A model generated the notes under the pieces. The model worked only from the letters and a program-made list of their open reading frames with translations. It ran no database searches and was not told the origin of the DNA. Positions 1 through 8,643 of a stretch of DNA of 32,000 nt are shown piece after piece. Both the position numbers and the translations under genes were made by a program. Source of the stretch: Synechocystis sp. PCC 6803 substr. PCC-P (GTDB lineage: Bacteria; Cyanobacteriota; Cyanobacteriia; Cyanobacteriales; Microcystaceae); the NCBI RefSeq assembly GCF_000284455.1, contig NC_017039.1, forward strand, positions 30,001-62,000. Reading direction: 5' to 3'. Position 1 is the first letter of the stretch. Every line of letters starts with the position of its first letter.

Positions 1-2454
1 AAAGGGAGCCCCGGGATAAACACTCAGGTCAAAATCATTTGATTCGGCCAAATACTGGGTATTAAACAAATTTTCGATGTTTAATTGTAATTCCCAATTT
101 TCCCGACGATAAAAAATGGCAGCATCGGTGCGGAAATAGCTGGGTAACACAAAGGTGTTGTCCAAGTCCCCCTCCCGTTGATCAACATAAAATAGTCCTA
201 AACCAAAGCCCAAGCCTTGTAAATTTCCCGATTGAATTTCATAGGTTGTCCAGAGGCTAAACTGGTTGCTAGGAACATTAGATAAAGTGTTGTCTACGAT
301 ATCGGTATTATCTTGGCTTACAAAAGCATCAAGGTAACTATAACCGGTGACAATATTCCAACCAGGCAAAATTTCTCCACCCAGGTAAAGCTCCACCCCT
401 CGGCTAGTTTGTTCCCCTGTTTGAATGGTAAATAATAGATTGGCAGGATCAATGGTAGGAACATTTTGTTTCCTAATATCAAATGCCGAGAAAGTCACAC
501 TTAACTTGTCGGTAATGTCTGCCTTAACTCCCACTTCAAACTGGCGACCGGTCTGGGGATCAAAGGTAGAACCATCGGCGTTGAGGGAGGCGGCAAAAGA
601 AGGATTAAAAGAGGTGGTGTAAGAGCCATAAAGGGAAACCGTGGGAATTGGTTGATAGATAATACCAACCCGGGGTGTTAATTGGTTATCGGTTTGGTTA
701 AATTCTTCCCTTGGATCTGTAATAGACTGGGTCGACCGATTTTGGGTAGCGGAATCGTAACGGAGTCCCACCAATAGCTTCAGGTTGTCAAATAAATCCA
801 TTTGATCCTGTAGATAAACCGCAAAGCGATTGACTTGATCATCACGGAAAAATTCTGGCGCGATGGGGAAAGGGGTATTGGTGTAAACCGGGTTGAAAAC
901 ATTAATGGGAGCAAAGGTGTTGCTGAATTGAAATTCTGGAGTCTCTGTATCGTTACGATACTCCAATCCAAATAACACCCGATGTTTAACCGGCCCAGTG
1001 TAGAATTCTCCTATCAATTCTGCATTGGTGAAAAAACGCTGATAATTTCCTCCCCCATAATATTCAAATCGATTTAATTCCCCAGTATCTTCGTCAAAAA
1101 AGTCAAAGAGGGGCGCATAGCGGACGGGGGCGTAGGCCAAGTATTGCATGGCATGGCGTAGCTTCAGATTTTCGTTAAAATCGTGGTTGAAGGTGTAGCC
1201 AATTAGGTATTGATCTTGCTCAAATTTACTAAATCGCTCTCCTAAAAATCGATTCGATGGCAAGTCTGCGATATTTGGTGCTGGGATGCCTTCATCTAAG
1301 GTTTCCCGATTGGTTGTGTATTGTCCATAGATATTCAACTTCGTGTCTGGACCAATATTCCAAGTTAAAGTTGGTGATACAACCCAGAGATCACCGTAGA
1401 CGAAATCTCGAAAACTGCCGGAGGTTTCATAGGAAACATTGAGACGATAATTAACTGTATCAATGGCTTCCGGTAGGAGGGGACCGGATAAATCCACATC
1501 TAAACGATAGTCATTATAATTACCAAGGGACACAGCCGCATTGTAATAGGGTTCATCCAAAGGTTTTTTGGAAATTAGGTTGATTGATCCCCCGGGTTCT
1601 CCAGCACCAAACACAATGGAAGAGGGGCCTTTGAGCACTTCTATTTGTTCGATGTCTGTGGTATTTAAGGGGGCTAAGGATTGATAGGGAATGCCATCAC
1701 GAAAAATACTGTTATTGACGGGAAATCCACGGATTAGAAAGCCGGGGCCAAAAACACTAGTTCCCCTGCCCCCGGCGGGGCTAACCCCTGGCACTGTTTG
1801 GAGGGCTGGTCCCAATTCGGTTACGTTTCGGTCTTGTAAGACCTGTTGGGGCACAACTTGAATGGACTGGGGGATATCGAGTAAAGGGGTATCTAATCCT
1901 GTGGCGGTGGAAGCACTGGGCACAAAGTAGCTAGCTTCCCCCTGCCCTTCTTGGGTGGCTACCACTTCAATTTCTGATTCTGGATTCTCAGGGGCGATCG
2001 CCGTGGAGGACGAAGTTAAGCTAAGCACTAAATTTTGGTCAACAGAACTCACTGTCACTTCAGGAAGATTATTATCAACGCCCGTCACCGTAATGCGGAC
2101 TATGTTGTTTTCCCCTTGGGTAATGGCGATCGCCGCAATTTGGGGACTAGGATTTTCCTGGTTAAATTCTCCTCCGGGAATGTCCAAGAGGGCATCGGTC
2201 AACTCAATAATGAGCAGATTCCCTTGGGGATAAATCAGGGGTTGGACCGGGATGGGGGAATTGTTGGCCAGTTCCAGCTCTAGACCCTTTTCTGTGGACT
2301 TTAGATTAACTCCGGTAACCAAGATGGAGCCAACTTGAGCTTGTATTTTGGTTTGGGCCCCAGAATTATTAATTTGGGCCAGTATGGGCAAGGGGGCTAC
2401 TAGCCCCGAACATAGGCAACATATGGTTAAGCCTAAGCTTATTTTGGTATTCAC
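1..2454 (-). CDS. fhuA: TonB-dependent siderophore (ferrichrome-type) receptor with N-terminal AMIN-like domain; 3' end lies outside the window
   Basis: Manual minus-strand translation from GTG at 2454: VNTKISLGLTICCLCSGLVAPLPILAQ (signal peptide), AMIN-like segment, plug motifs DTPLLDIPQSIQVVPQQVLQDR and IEQIEVLKGPSSIVFGAGEPGGSINLISKKP, and beta-barrel sequence such as GLGLFYVDQREGDLDNTFVLPSYFRTDAAIFYRRENWELQLNIENLFNTQYLAES. No stop was seen before base 1. Absent from the ORF track because it is open at the edge. Confidence 0.93.
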   Translation of the reverse strand, partial: MNTKISLGLTICCLCSGLVAPLPILAQINNSGAQTKIQAQVGSILVTGVNLKSTEKGLELELANNSPIPVQPLIYPQGNLLIIELTDALLDIPGGEFNQENPSPQIAAIAITQGENNIVRITVTGVDNNLPEVTVSSVDQNLVLSLTSSSTAIAPENPESEIEVVATQEGQGEASYFVPSASTATGLDTPLLDIPQSIQVVPQQVLQDRNVTELGPALQTVPGVSPAGGRGTSVFGPGFLIRGFPVNNSIFRDGIPYQSLAPLNTTDIEQIEVLKGPSSIVFGAGEPGGSINLISKKPLDEPYYNAAVSLGNYNDYRLDVDLSGPLLPEAIDTVNYRLNVSYETSGSFRDFVYGDLWVVSPTLTWNIGPDTKLNIYGQYTTNRETLDEGIPAPNIADLPSNRFLGERFSKFEQDQYLIGYTFNHDFNENLKLRHAMQYLAYAPVRYAPLFDFFDEDTGELNRFEYYGGGNYQRFFTNAELIGEFYTGPVKHRVLFGLEYRNDTETPEFQFSNTFAPINVFNPVYTNTPFPIAPEFFRDDQVNRFAVYLQDQMDLFDNLKLLVGLRYDSATQNRSTQSITDPREEFNQTDNQLTPRVGIIYQPIPTVSLYGSYTTSFNPSFAASLNADGSTFDPQTGRQFEVGVKADITDKLSVTFSAFDIRKQNVPTIDPANLLFTIQTGEQTSRGVELYLGGEILPGWNIVTGYSYLDAFVSQDNTDIVDNTLSNVPSNQFSLWTTYEIQSGNLQGLGFGLGLFYVDQREGDLDNTFVLPSYFRTDAAIFYRRENWELQLNIENLFNTQYLAESNDFDLSVYPGAPF

Positions 2455-2489
2455 AATTGCTCCTCACACAAAAGTTAAAAAGTTTTATT

Positions 2490-2509
2490 AATTAAGCAAA
2501 TGCTTAATT
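2490..2509. promoter_or_regulatory. 20-bp perfect palindrome between exbD and the TonB-dependent receptor gene (operator, attenuator or processing hairpin)
   Basis: AATTAAGCA-AA-TGCTTAATT (9-bp arms, 2-nt centre), 36 bp upstream of the GTG start at 2454. Confidence 0.45.
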
Positions 2510-2523
2510 CTTTTTCAGTTTTT

Positions 2524-2952
2524 TTAGTTCTTGGGCGTGGCGGCGATCGCCAGGGAAACCCCCTTGATTTGGCGTACACCATCCATAACCTGTACCACTA
2601 AACCATGGTTAACCTGTTCATCGGCTTTAATTACCACCAAACTATTGGCGTTATTTTTAGCCTTAGCCAGGATATTTGTTTGCAAATCTTTTAGGGGTAT
2701 TGCCTGGCCATCCAAAAACAGTTCACCAGTCTGTTTAACGGTTAAAATAAATTGCGGATTGGGCTTGCTTTCCGTGGTTTGGGCCGAAGGTAAGTTGACC
2801 GATAAACCGTCGGAGCGGCTGAGATACAAACTGGAGATGATGAAAAACGCCAGGATAGAAAAAATCACGTCAATCATCGGAATGATATTGATTTCGCCCT
2901 GGGCTTCAAACTCATCGGGAAGTCGCATACTCTTTTTCCTCCGGTTGGTCAT
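2524..2952 (-). CDS. exbD: ExbD-type biopolymer transport protein
   Basis: ORF 2524..3063; likely start M at 2952 or 2928 (MTNRRKKSMRLPDEFEAQGEINIIPMIDVIFSILAFFIISS...). EINIIPMIDVIF is the typical ExbD/TolR N-terminal TM motif with conserved Asp. Located directly downstream of exbB. Confidence 0.92.
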   Translation of the reverse strand: MTNRRKKSMRLPDEFEAQGEINIIPMIDVIFSILAFFIISSLYLSRSDGLSVNLPSAQTTESKPNPQFILTVKQTGELFLDGQAIPLKDLQTNILAKAKNNANSLVVIKADEQVNHGLVVQVMDGVRQIKGVSLAIAATPKN

Positions 2953-3559
2953 GGAAACGGCGATATACCAATTCGATTTGCCCCGTTTGCTCCTGTATGA
3001 GGGCGAATTGGCGCAGATAGAGGGAACGGAACACGTTGGCAAAGAGGAGAGTGGCAATGGCAACTACCAAGCCCATCACGGTGGACACCAATGCTTCACT
3101 GATCCCCCCGGTGACCCCCGAGGCATTGGCGGCGGTGGTACTGCCTAAACTCATGGAAGAAAAGGAACGCATTAGTCCCAAAATTGTCCCCAGTAAGCCC
3201 AGGAGAGGGGAAACGGTGATAATGGTCTGAAATAGGGTGTTAAATCGTTTTAAAAGCGGTAATTCTGCTTGGGTAGCGCTTTCCAGGGCCAGGCGAAACT
3301 CCGTTGGTGTGGCCCCCTCCAAACACAGGGCTTCGAGAAAAATTCGTGCCATGGGTAAATCCGCATTTTGTTTCAGCTTGGCGATCGCCCCTGGGGGATT
3401 ACTGCGATAAAGCTTGAGCACATCATTTACCAACCGATTTTGCCGTAACTGGATCTGACTCCAAAAATAGGCACGCTCGATAATCAGGGCCACAGCTAAC
3501 AGGGAAAAACCGAGGAGGGGCACCGCCACTATGCCCCCGGCCATAAAAACTTCTACCAA
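2912..3559 (-). CDS. exbB: ExbB/MotA/TolQ proton channel family protein
   Basis: 215 aa; ExbB motifs LPLLKRFNTLFQTIITVSPLLGLLGTILGLMRSF and GISEALVSTVMGLVVAIATLLFANVFRSLY. Actual start may be the internal Met of MAGGIVAVPLLG. Confidence 0.92.
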   Translation of the reverse strand: MVEVFMAGGIVAVPLLGFSLLAVALIIERAYFWSQIQLRQNRLVNDVLKLYRSNPPGAIAKLKQNADLPMARIFLEALCLEGATPTEFRLALESATQAELPLLKRFNTLFQTIITVSPLLGLLGTILGLMRSFSSMSLGSTTAANASGVTGGISEALVSTVMGLVVAIATLLFANVFRSLYLRQFALIQEQTGQIELVYRRFHDQPEEKEYATSR

Positions 3560-3635
3560 CGTGATAACCTCTTGTGTTCACTCAACACAGTTAAGAGTAA
3601 TTCTCAATTAATCCCCTTGCCTAGCCATAATAGCA

Positions 3636-3654
3636 ATTGATAACTATTTTCAAT
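3636..3654. promoter_or_regulatory. Putative Fur-box-like 19-bp imperfect palindrome (attga-N9-tcaat) in the exbB/tonB divergent intergenic region
   Basis: Sequence attgataactattttcaat; 5-bp inverted arms, AT-rich, with GATAA/ATTTTC-like Fur hexamers. A second element, ttaagagtaattctcaattaa, lies at about 3590-3611. Confidence 0.35.
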
Positions 3655-3890
3655 AAATTAAATGGATAAGCAATAAGATTTGCTTAAGTGCAAACGAGTT
3701 TTCTAGGCTTTAAGGGCCTATATTCACGGTTGCAGAGAAAAAATTTTGGAATAAAAGAGTCAGTGGAGGTGTTTAATGTCGCAACTAAACGTCTATAATG
3801 CTATAGCTATTAATAATAATATTTCACATAATAGATGCAGTTCAGCCTAGGCTAGGGGCCACAATAATTGCCTGTCAATGCAAGAATTCC

Positions 3891-5489
3891 ATGTCAATCT
3901 CTAATTTCTGCCTGACCCAAAGATCCCAGCAATACCAAAACAGCCAAAAGATCATCCTGGCGGGGGCGACCTGTTCCTTGTTAATCCACGGGGCGATCGG
4001 AGCGTTCTGGAGATTTCCCCTGGATGGTGATACTCCCGCCGTAGAGCCGATTGAATTTATTGTGGTGGACCCTTCTCCCATCCCAGAAGTCACACCGCCA
4101 CCAACGGAGCAGAAAACTGAGCAGAAAAAAGTCGAACCTCTGCCGAATATCTCCCCACCACCGCCCACTCCGGTAACTCAAGCAGTTTTACCGCCCCTGC
4201 CCCAAGCCATTATTCCCCCCGTCCCATCAGTCAATTCTCTGCCCAGTCCGGTGGTGGAAAATCCAATTTCCTTGCCCAATTCATTGCCCCCACCCCCTGC
4301 GGCTCCAGTCCCCAATGCAGTGTCTCTCCCGGTGGACCAGGCCATTACTCCTCCTACCCCAAACCTCAATCCCCTCCCTAATCCAGTTACAGAAAGCCCC
4401 GCTTCTTTGACTCAGCCGGCCCAGAGTGCCTTTCGTTTGCCCTTTTCTTCCCTCCAGACTCCGGAATTTGCCCCGATTCCTGAGCAGGCCCCCGCTGTTT
4501 CCCCGGGGATTCGCCCAGCTACGCCCCAAAGTTTAGCCAACGCCCCAAGCCGACAGCCCGTATTTGGTCGCATTAGTTCCTCTGCCCCGTCCCAGGGAAA
4601 TCCGTTAACCAACCAGGATTCATTTACGGCGATCGCCAATGGCAATGCAGTTAGTCAGGGGGCCCCGCCGATGAAACCGGGGACAGCTACTAAACCCATT
4701 GCCAGTGGTGGTGGTAGCTCTGGCCCTAGTCTGGGCTCCGGCCAACCCAGAGCAGAACGGCCCGGTGGCGGCAATGCAGGGGCAAATGTTGGTCCCATTG
4801 CGGCCAATCCCGTTGCTAGTAGTGCTCCCCCTAAACCGAAACCAACTCCCAGTTCCCCCGCTAAGCCAGACCCCTTAAAGTGCGTTAGCCAATGTAAACC
4901 CAGTTATCCCTCCATCCTCCAGGGGGAAGAAGGTAGTGCTACAGTATTAATTTCAGTAAATGATAGTGGTGGTGTGACCAGCGTAACCATCACCAATGCC
5001 CACGGCAACAGCGAGGTCAACCGCCAGGCCCTATTGGCAGCCAGAAAAATGCAGTTTACGGCCCCCGCCAGTGGTCAATCCAAATCAGTCCCTGTGGTGA
5101 TTCACTTCACCGTTGCTGGTTCAGACTTTGATCGTCAGGCGAGGGAGCGTCAGCAACAGCAGGAAGAGTTGCGTCAGGCCGCCCGCAGAGCAGAAGAGGA
5201 AAAGGCAAATCAAGCCCGTCAGAGACAGTTGGAAGAGGAGCGTCAAGCCCGCCAACGGCAATTAGAGAAAGAACGGGAAGAACGACTGAAACAATTCTCC
5301 GTAGAATCCCAGCCCAGTCCCGTGCCAGCCGTGAAAGTTTCTCCTTCCCCCAGTCCTACCCCGGCGGTGAGAGTTTCCCCTTCTCCTAGTCCAGAGCCAC
5401 CTCCCACTCCCGCTGCCGCACCGAAGACCGAGCCAGCAGTAGGGATAGATGAATTGGCGCCCGATCTGGAGCAGTCATCCGATTCCTAA
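3891..5489 (+). CDS. tonB: TonB-like energy transducer with Pro-rich linker, TonB C-terminal domain and an additional coiled-coil/Pro-Ser-rich tail
   Basis: 532 aa; N-terminal TM (IILAGATCSLLIHGAIGAF), long Pro-rich region, then CVSQCKPSYPSILQGEEGSATVLISVNDSGGVTSVTITNAHGNSEVNRQALLAARKMQFTAP...VPVVIHFTVAG (TonB_C pattern). Divergent from the exbB-exbD-receptor operon. Confidence 0.85.
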   Translation: MSISNFCLTQRSQQYQNSQKIILAGATCSLLIHGAIGAFWRFPLDGDTPAVEPIEFIVVDPSPIPEVTPPPTEQKTEQKKVEPLPNISPPPPTPVTQAVLPPLPQAIIPPVPSVNSLPSPVVENPISLPNSLPPPPAAPVPNAVSLPVDQAITPPTPNLNPLPNPVTESPASLTQPAQSAFRLPFSSLQTPEFAPIPEQAPAVSPGIRPATPQSLANAPSRQPVFGRISSSAPSQGNPLTNQDSFTAIANGNAVSQGAPPMKPGTATKPIASGGGSSGPSLGSGQPRAERPGGGNAGANVGPIAANPVASSAPPKPKPTPSSPAKPDPLKCVSQCKPSYPSILQGEEGSATVLISVNDSGGVTSVTITNAHGNSEVNRQALLAARKMQFTAPASGQSKSVPVVIHFTVAGSDFDRQARERQQQQEELRQAARRAEEEKANQARQRQLEEERQARQRQLEKEREERLKQFSVESQPSPVPAVKVSPSPSPTPAVRVSPSPSPEPPPTPAAAPKTEPAVGIDELAPDLEQSSDS

Positions 5490-5565
5490 ATTTCAACTCA
5501 ATTGGTTAATTAGGTAAACCTTGACTGTGAAATTTATTTAACGTTAAAAATTAGCCGTTTTAATA

Positions 5566-6615
5566 ATGTTTAAATTTGCTCAAATTATTTTCCTAGCTGG
5601 CAGTATGGTCTGCTTAAGTTCCCTGGGTCATCAATCCCTGGCGGGCAATTTAACCCTGCCGGATGGTTCTAAATGTGAAGGACAGATTAGCAATGGTGCA
5701 CTCAATGGCCAGGGTACCTGTCAATTTACCAATGGCGATCGCTATGAAGGTCAATTTGTTGAGGGTGAAAAAAAGGGGCAAGGGAAATATATTTTTGCTG
5801 ATGGGGGCTATTTTGAAGGGGTTTTTGAAGATGATCAAATGGGTAGTAAAGGGGTGCGAGTCTATGCCAGTCAAGACCGTTACGAAGGGGAATTTGTTGA
5901 CGGTCAACCCCACGGTCAAGGGATTTATACAACGGCGGCGGGTCTACGTTATGAGGGAGAATTTGTTGATGGTCAACCCACGGGCAAAGGTACCTTTATT
6001 TATACCAATGGCGATCGGTGTTCCGGCACTGTTGTTCAAGGAGAATTGAACGGGTCAGGCAAGTGCGAGTACAACAATGGCGATCAATATGAAGGCACCT
6101 TAAAGAATGGCCAACCCGACGGTGAGGGAATTTTTCGTTTTGCCGCTGGAGGAGAGTATGAAGGGGAATTTCAGAGCGGTGAATTTTCTGGGCAAGGCAC
6201 CCGTATTTTTGCCAACGGCAATCGTTTCCAGGGACAATTTAAACAGGGGTTACCCTCTGGGCAAGGACAATACAATTTTGCCGATGGGGCCAGCTACCAA
6301 GGGGAAATCCGGGACGGACAACCGGCAGGGGAAGGCATCTATACCTTTGCTAATGGTAATCGTTATCAAGGTCAATTTGTTGCCGGTAAGTTTGCAGGGG
6401 AAGGTGCATTTATTTTTGCCAATGGCGATCGTTGCCAAGGACAATTTAGCAATAATCAACTCCAAGGTATGGCCACCTGTGACTATGTCAATGGTGATAC
6501 GTTTGAAGGGATTTTTGAACAGGGTAAGAAAAATGGCAAGGGCGTTTATTCTTTTGCTGATGGTACCCGCCTAGAAGGGGTATGGAAGGACGATCAATAC
6601 CAAGAACGAGGTTAA
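5566..6615 (+). CDS. Secreted MORN-repeat protein
   Basis: 349 aa; signal peptide MFKFAQIIFLAGSMVCLSSLG..., then about 13 repeats of 23 aa with the pattern xRYEGxFxxGxxxGxGxYxFxxG. Confidence 0.93.
   Translation: MFKFAQIIFLAGSMVCLSSLGHQSLAGNLTLPDGSKCEGQISNGALNGQGTCQFTNGDRYEGQFVEGEKKGQGKYIFADGGYFEGVFEDDQMGSKGVRVYASQDRYEGEFVDGQPHGQGIYTTAAGLRYEGEFVDGQPTGKGTFIYTNGDRCSGTVVQGELNGSGKCEYNNGDQYEGTLKNGQPDGEGIFRFAAGGEYEGEFQSGEFSGQGTRIFANGNRFQGQFKQGLPSGQGQYNFADGASYQGEIRDGQPAGEGIYTFANGNRYQGQFVAGKFAGEGAFIFANGDRCQGQFSNNQLQGMATCDYVNGDTFEGIFEQGKKNGKGVYSFADGTRLEGVWKDDQYQERG
5665..6605 (+). repeat. Diverged 69-bp tandem coding repeats (MORN)
   Basis: 23-aa periodicity in the translation, e.g. DRYEGEFVDGQPHGQGIYTTAAG / LRYEGEFVDGQPTGKGTFIYTNG / NRYQGQFVAGKFAGEGAFIFANG. 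Confidence 0.85.
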
Positions 6616-6720
6616 CCTTAACCCTGATTTTTTTTAATTTCAGAAAAGTTTGTCGGGAATTGTGAGGTCAAGAAATTAGCCATTATTACCCTTGTGTTCA
6701 GGTCTCCATCATCTTGATTT

Positions 6721-8538
6721 ATGCTCCTTTCGCCCCAGTCTAATCGACAAGTTTTAATGGCTTATCTAAGTCCCCAGTGGGGGCAAGTGCTGGCTTTGGC
6801 GATCGCCTTGGGGGGAAGCATTATCCTACAAGTGCTTAATCCCCAGATTTTGCGCTATTTCATCGACACAGCCATGGCCGGAGGGCCCCAAACCATACTG
6901 GTGTGGCTAGCATTGGGCTTTATGGCGATCGCCGTTGTACGTCAAGGATTGGAAATCGTTGCCACCTATTGCAGTGAAACCGTTGCCTGGACTGCGACCA
7001 ATAATCTCCGCTTGAACCTAGCTCGTCACACCCTCAATCTCGATCTAACTTTTCACAAAAATCATTGCCCCGGGGAACTAGTGGAACGCATTGATGGAGA
7101 CGTGGACGCCCTGGCCCGCTTTTTCTCCCAATTTGTGCTCCAAGTACTGGGCAATGGCTTGCTAGTGGTGGGTGTTCTAGTCGTGTTGTGGTTCGAGCAG
7201 TGGCAGGCGGGATTGGGTTTGACTCTTTTTGCCCTAGTAGCCCTGGGTATTCTCAGCCGGTTGCAATCCTTGGCGGTGGGGCCATGGCAAGTTTACCGTG
7301 GCATCAGTGCTGATTTTTACGGTTTTATCACTGAATATTTAGCCGGATTGGAAGACATTCGGGGCAATGGAGCGGTGGACTATGTCATGAACCGCTTTTA
7401 TACATTGATAAGAAACTGGCTAAGGGCGTTTCATCAAGCACGGTTGCAGAGCACCCTACTATGGGGCAGCACCGTTGGTCTATTCACGGTGGGCAATGCT
7501 ATCGCCCTGGCCTTGGGCGCTTACCTGTGGCGTGTACAGGGTATCACCATTGGTACAGTCTATCTTTTGTTTTACTATGCCAGTCTTCTCCAAGATCCCA
7601 TTGAACGGATACGGGAAGAACTAGAACAGTTTCAACAGGCCGTTGCCAGTCTTTATCGCATTCAAGACCTCATTCGTCAGTCTCCGTCACCCCGATTGGG
7701 CAGATCCCAAGCTTTGCCATCGGGGTCACTTTCCGTCGAAGGAAAAAATGTGTGGTTTAGTTATCCAACCACAGCGAGTTTAAAACCTGGGGACGGCAAC
7801 CACGAATTACCTGAGCACCGCCAAGGTCACCACCACGAAGATGCTGATTACGCTCTGCAGAATTTAACCTGGCATCTACCCGCTGGAAAAGTGCTTGGGT
7901 TGCTGGGGCACACCGGCAGTGGCAAAAGTACATTCGCTCGACTCTTGTTGAATTTTTATGCCATTCAGCAGGGCCAAATTCAGCTTGGCGGCATCAACCT
8001 TGGGGAGATATCTCAGCGGGAGTTACATCAGCGGGTCGGTTTTGTCACCCAAGACGTGCAACTGTTCCAAACTTCCATACGCAATAATCTGACATTTTTT
8101 AATCCCCACATCCCAGACCGATTGATTTTACAAGCCCTGAACGACCTTGGGCTGGAGCCTTGGTTGGCAACATTACCCCAGGGTTTAGATACGGAACTAG
8201 GCACGGATGGGGGAGGATTATCGGCGGGGCAAGCCCAATTGCTAGCTTTTGCCAGGGTATTTCTCAAAGATCCTGGGCTAGTTATCCTCGATGAAGCTTC
8301 GTCACGGCTTGATCCTTTGACAGAACAGTTAATTGAGCGGGCTATCAATCGATTACTAGAGCATCGGACGGGAATTATCATTGCCCATCGCCTCAAGACG
8401 GTGGAACGGGCCGATCAAATTCTGATTCTAGACCGGGGCAAAGTGCTGGAATACGGCGATCGCCCAGCCCTGGCCCACAATCCTGCATCTCGTTTTTCTC
8501 AGTTACTGAGGACTAGCTCTGCGATCAAGTTAACCTAG
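6721..8538 (+). CDS. Exporter-fold ABC transporter, fused TMD-NBD half-transporter
   Basis: 605 aa; Walker A GHTGSGKST, Q-loop VTQDVQLF, non-canonical signature LSAGQAQ, Walker B LVILDEASSRLD, H-switch IIAHRLKTVERAD. Confidence 0.93.
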   Translation: MLLSPQSNRQVLMAYLSPQWGQVLALAIALGGSIILQVLNPQILRYFIDTAMAGGPQTILVWLALGFMAIAVVRQGLEIVATYCSETVAWTATNNLRLNLARHTLNLDLTFHKNHCPGELVERIDGDVDALARFFSQFVLQVLGNGLLVVGVLVVLWFEQWQAGLGLTLFALVALGILSRLQSLAVGPWQVYRGISADFYGFITEYLAGLEDIRGNGAVDYVMNRFYTLIRNWLRAFHQARLQSTLLWGSTVGLFTVGNAIALALGAYLWRVQGITIGTVYLLFYYASLLQDPIERIREELEQFQQAVASLYRIQDLIRQSPSPRLGRSQALPSGSLSVEGKNVWFSYPTTASLKPGDGNHELPEHRQGHHHEDADYALQNLTWHLPAGKVLGLLGHTGSGKSTFARLLLNFYAIQQGQIQLGGINLGEISQRELHQRVGFVTQDVQLFQTSIRNNLTFFNPHIPDRLILQALNDLGLEPWLATLPQGLDTELGTDGGGLSAGQAQLLAFARVFLKDPGLVILDEASSRLDPLTEQLIERAINRLLEHRTGIIIAHRLKTVERADQILILDRGKVLEYGDRPALAHNPASRFSQLLRTSSAIKLT

Positions 8539-8643
8539 CGTGATGGCTTGACGCATCGGCTTCACTACTTGAAAATATTTATCATTAAAATTTATTGACT
8601 GTCTAGCAAGGATGCTAGGCAGTTTGTCGTTGCATAGGGCATT

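Noticed and set aside
2531-3148. Plus-strand 205-aa ORF antisense to exbD/exbB
   Set aside because: No family resemblance and fully antisense to well-supported genes.
5663-6049. Plus-strand 128-aa and related ORFs (also 6107-6574) in an alternative frame of the MORN gene
   Set aside because: Frame-shifted echo of the MORN repeat. Repetitive coding DNA creates open alternative frames.
5566-6615. Phosphatidylinositol-4-phosphate 5-kinase annotation for the MORN protein
   Set aside because: Only MORN repeats and a signal peptide are present, with no kinase motifs.
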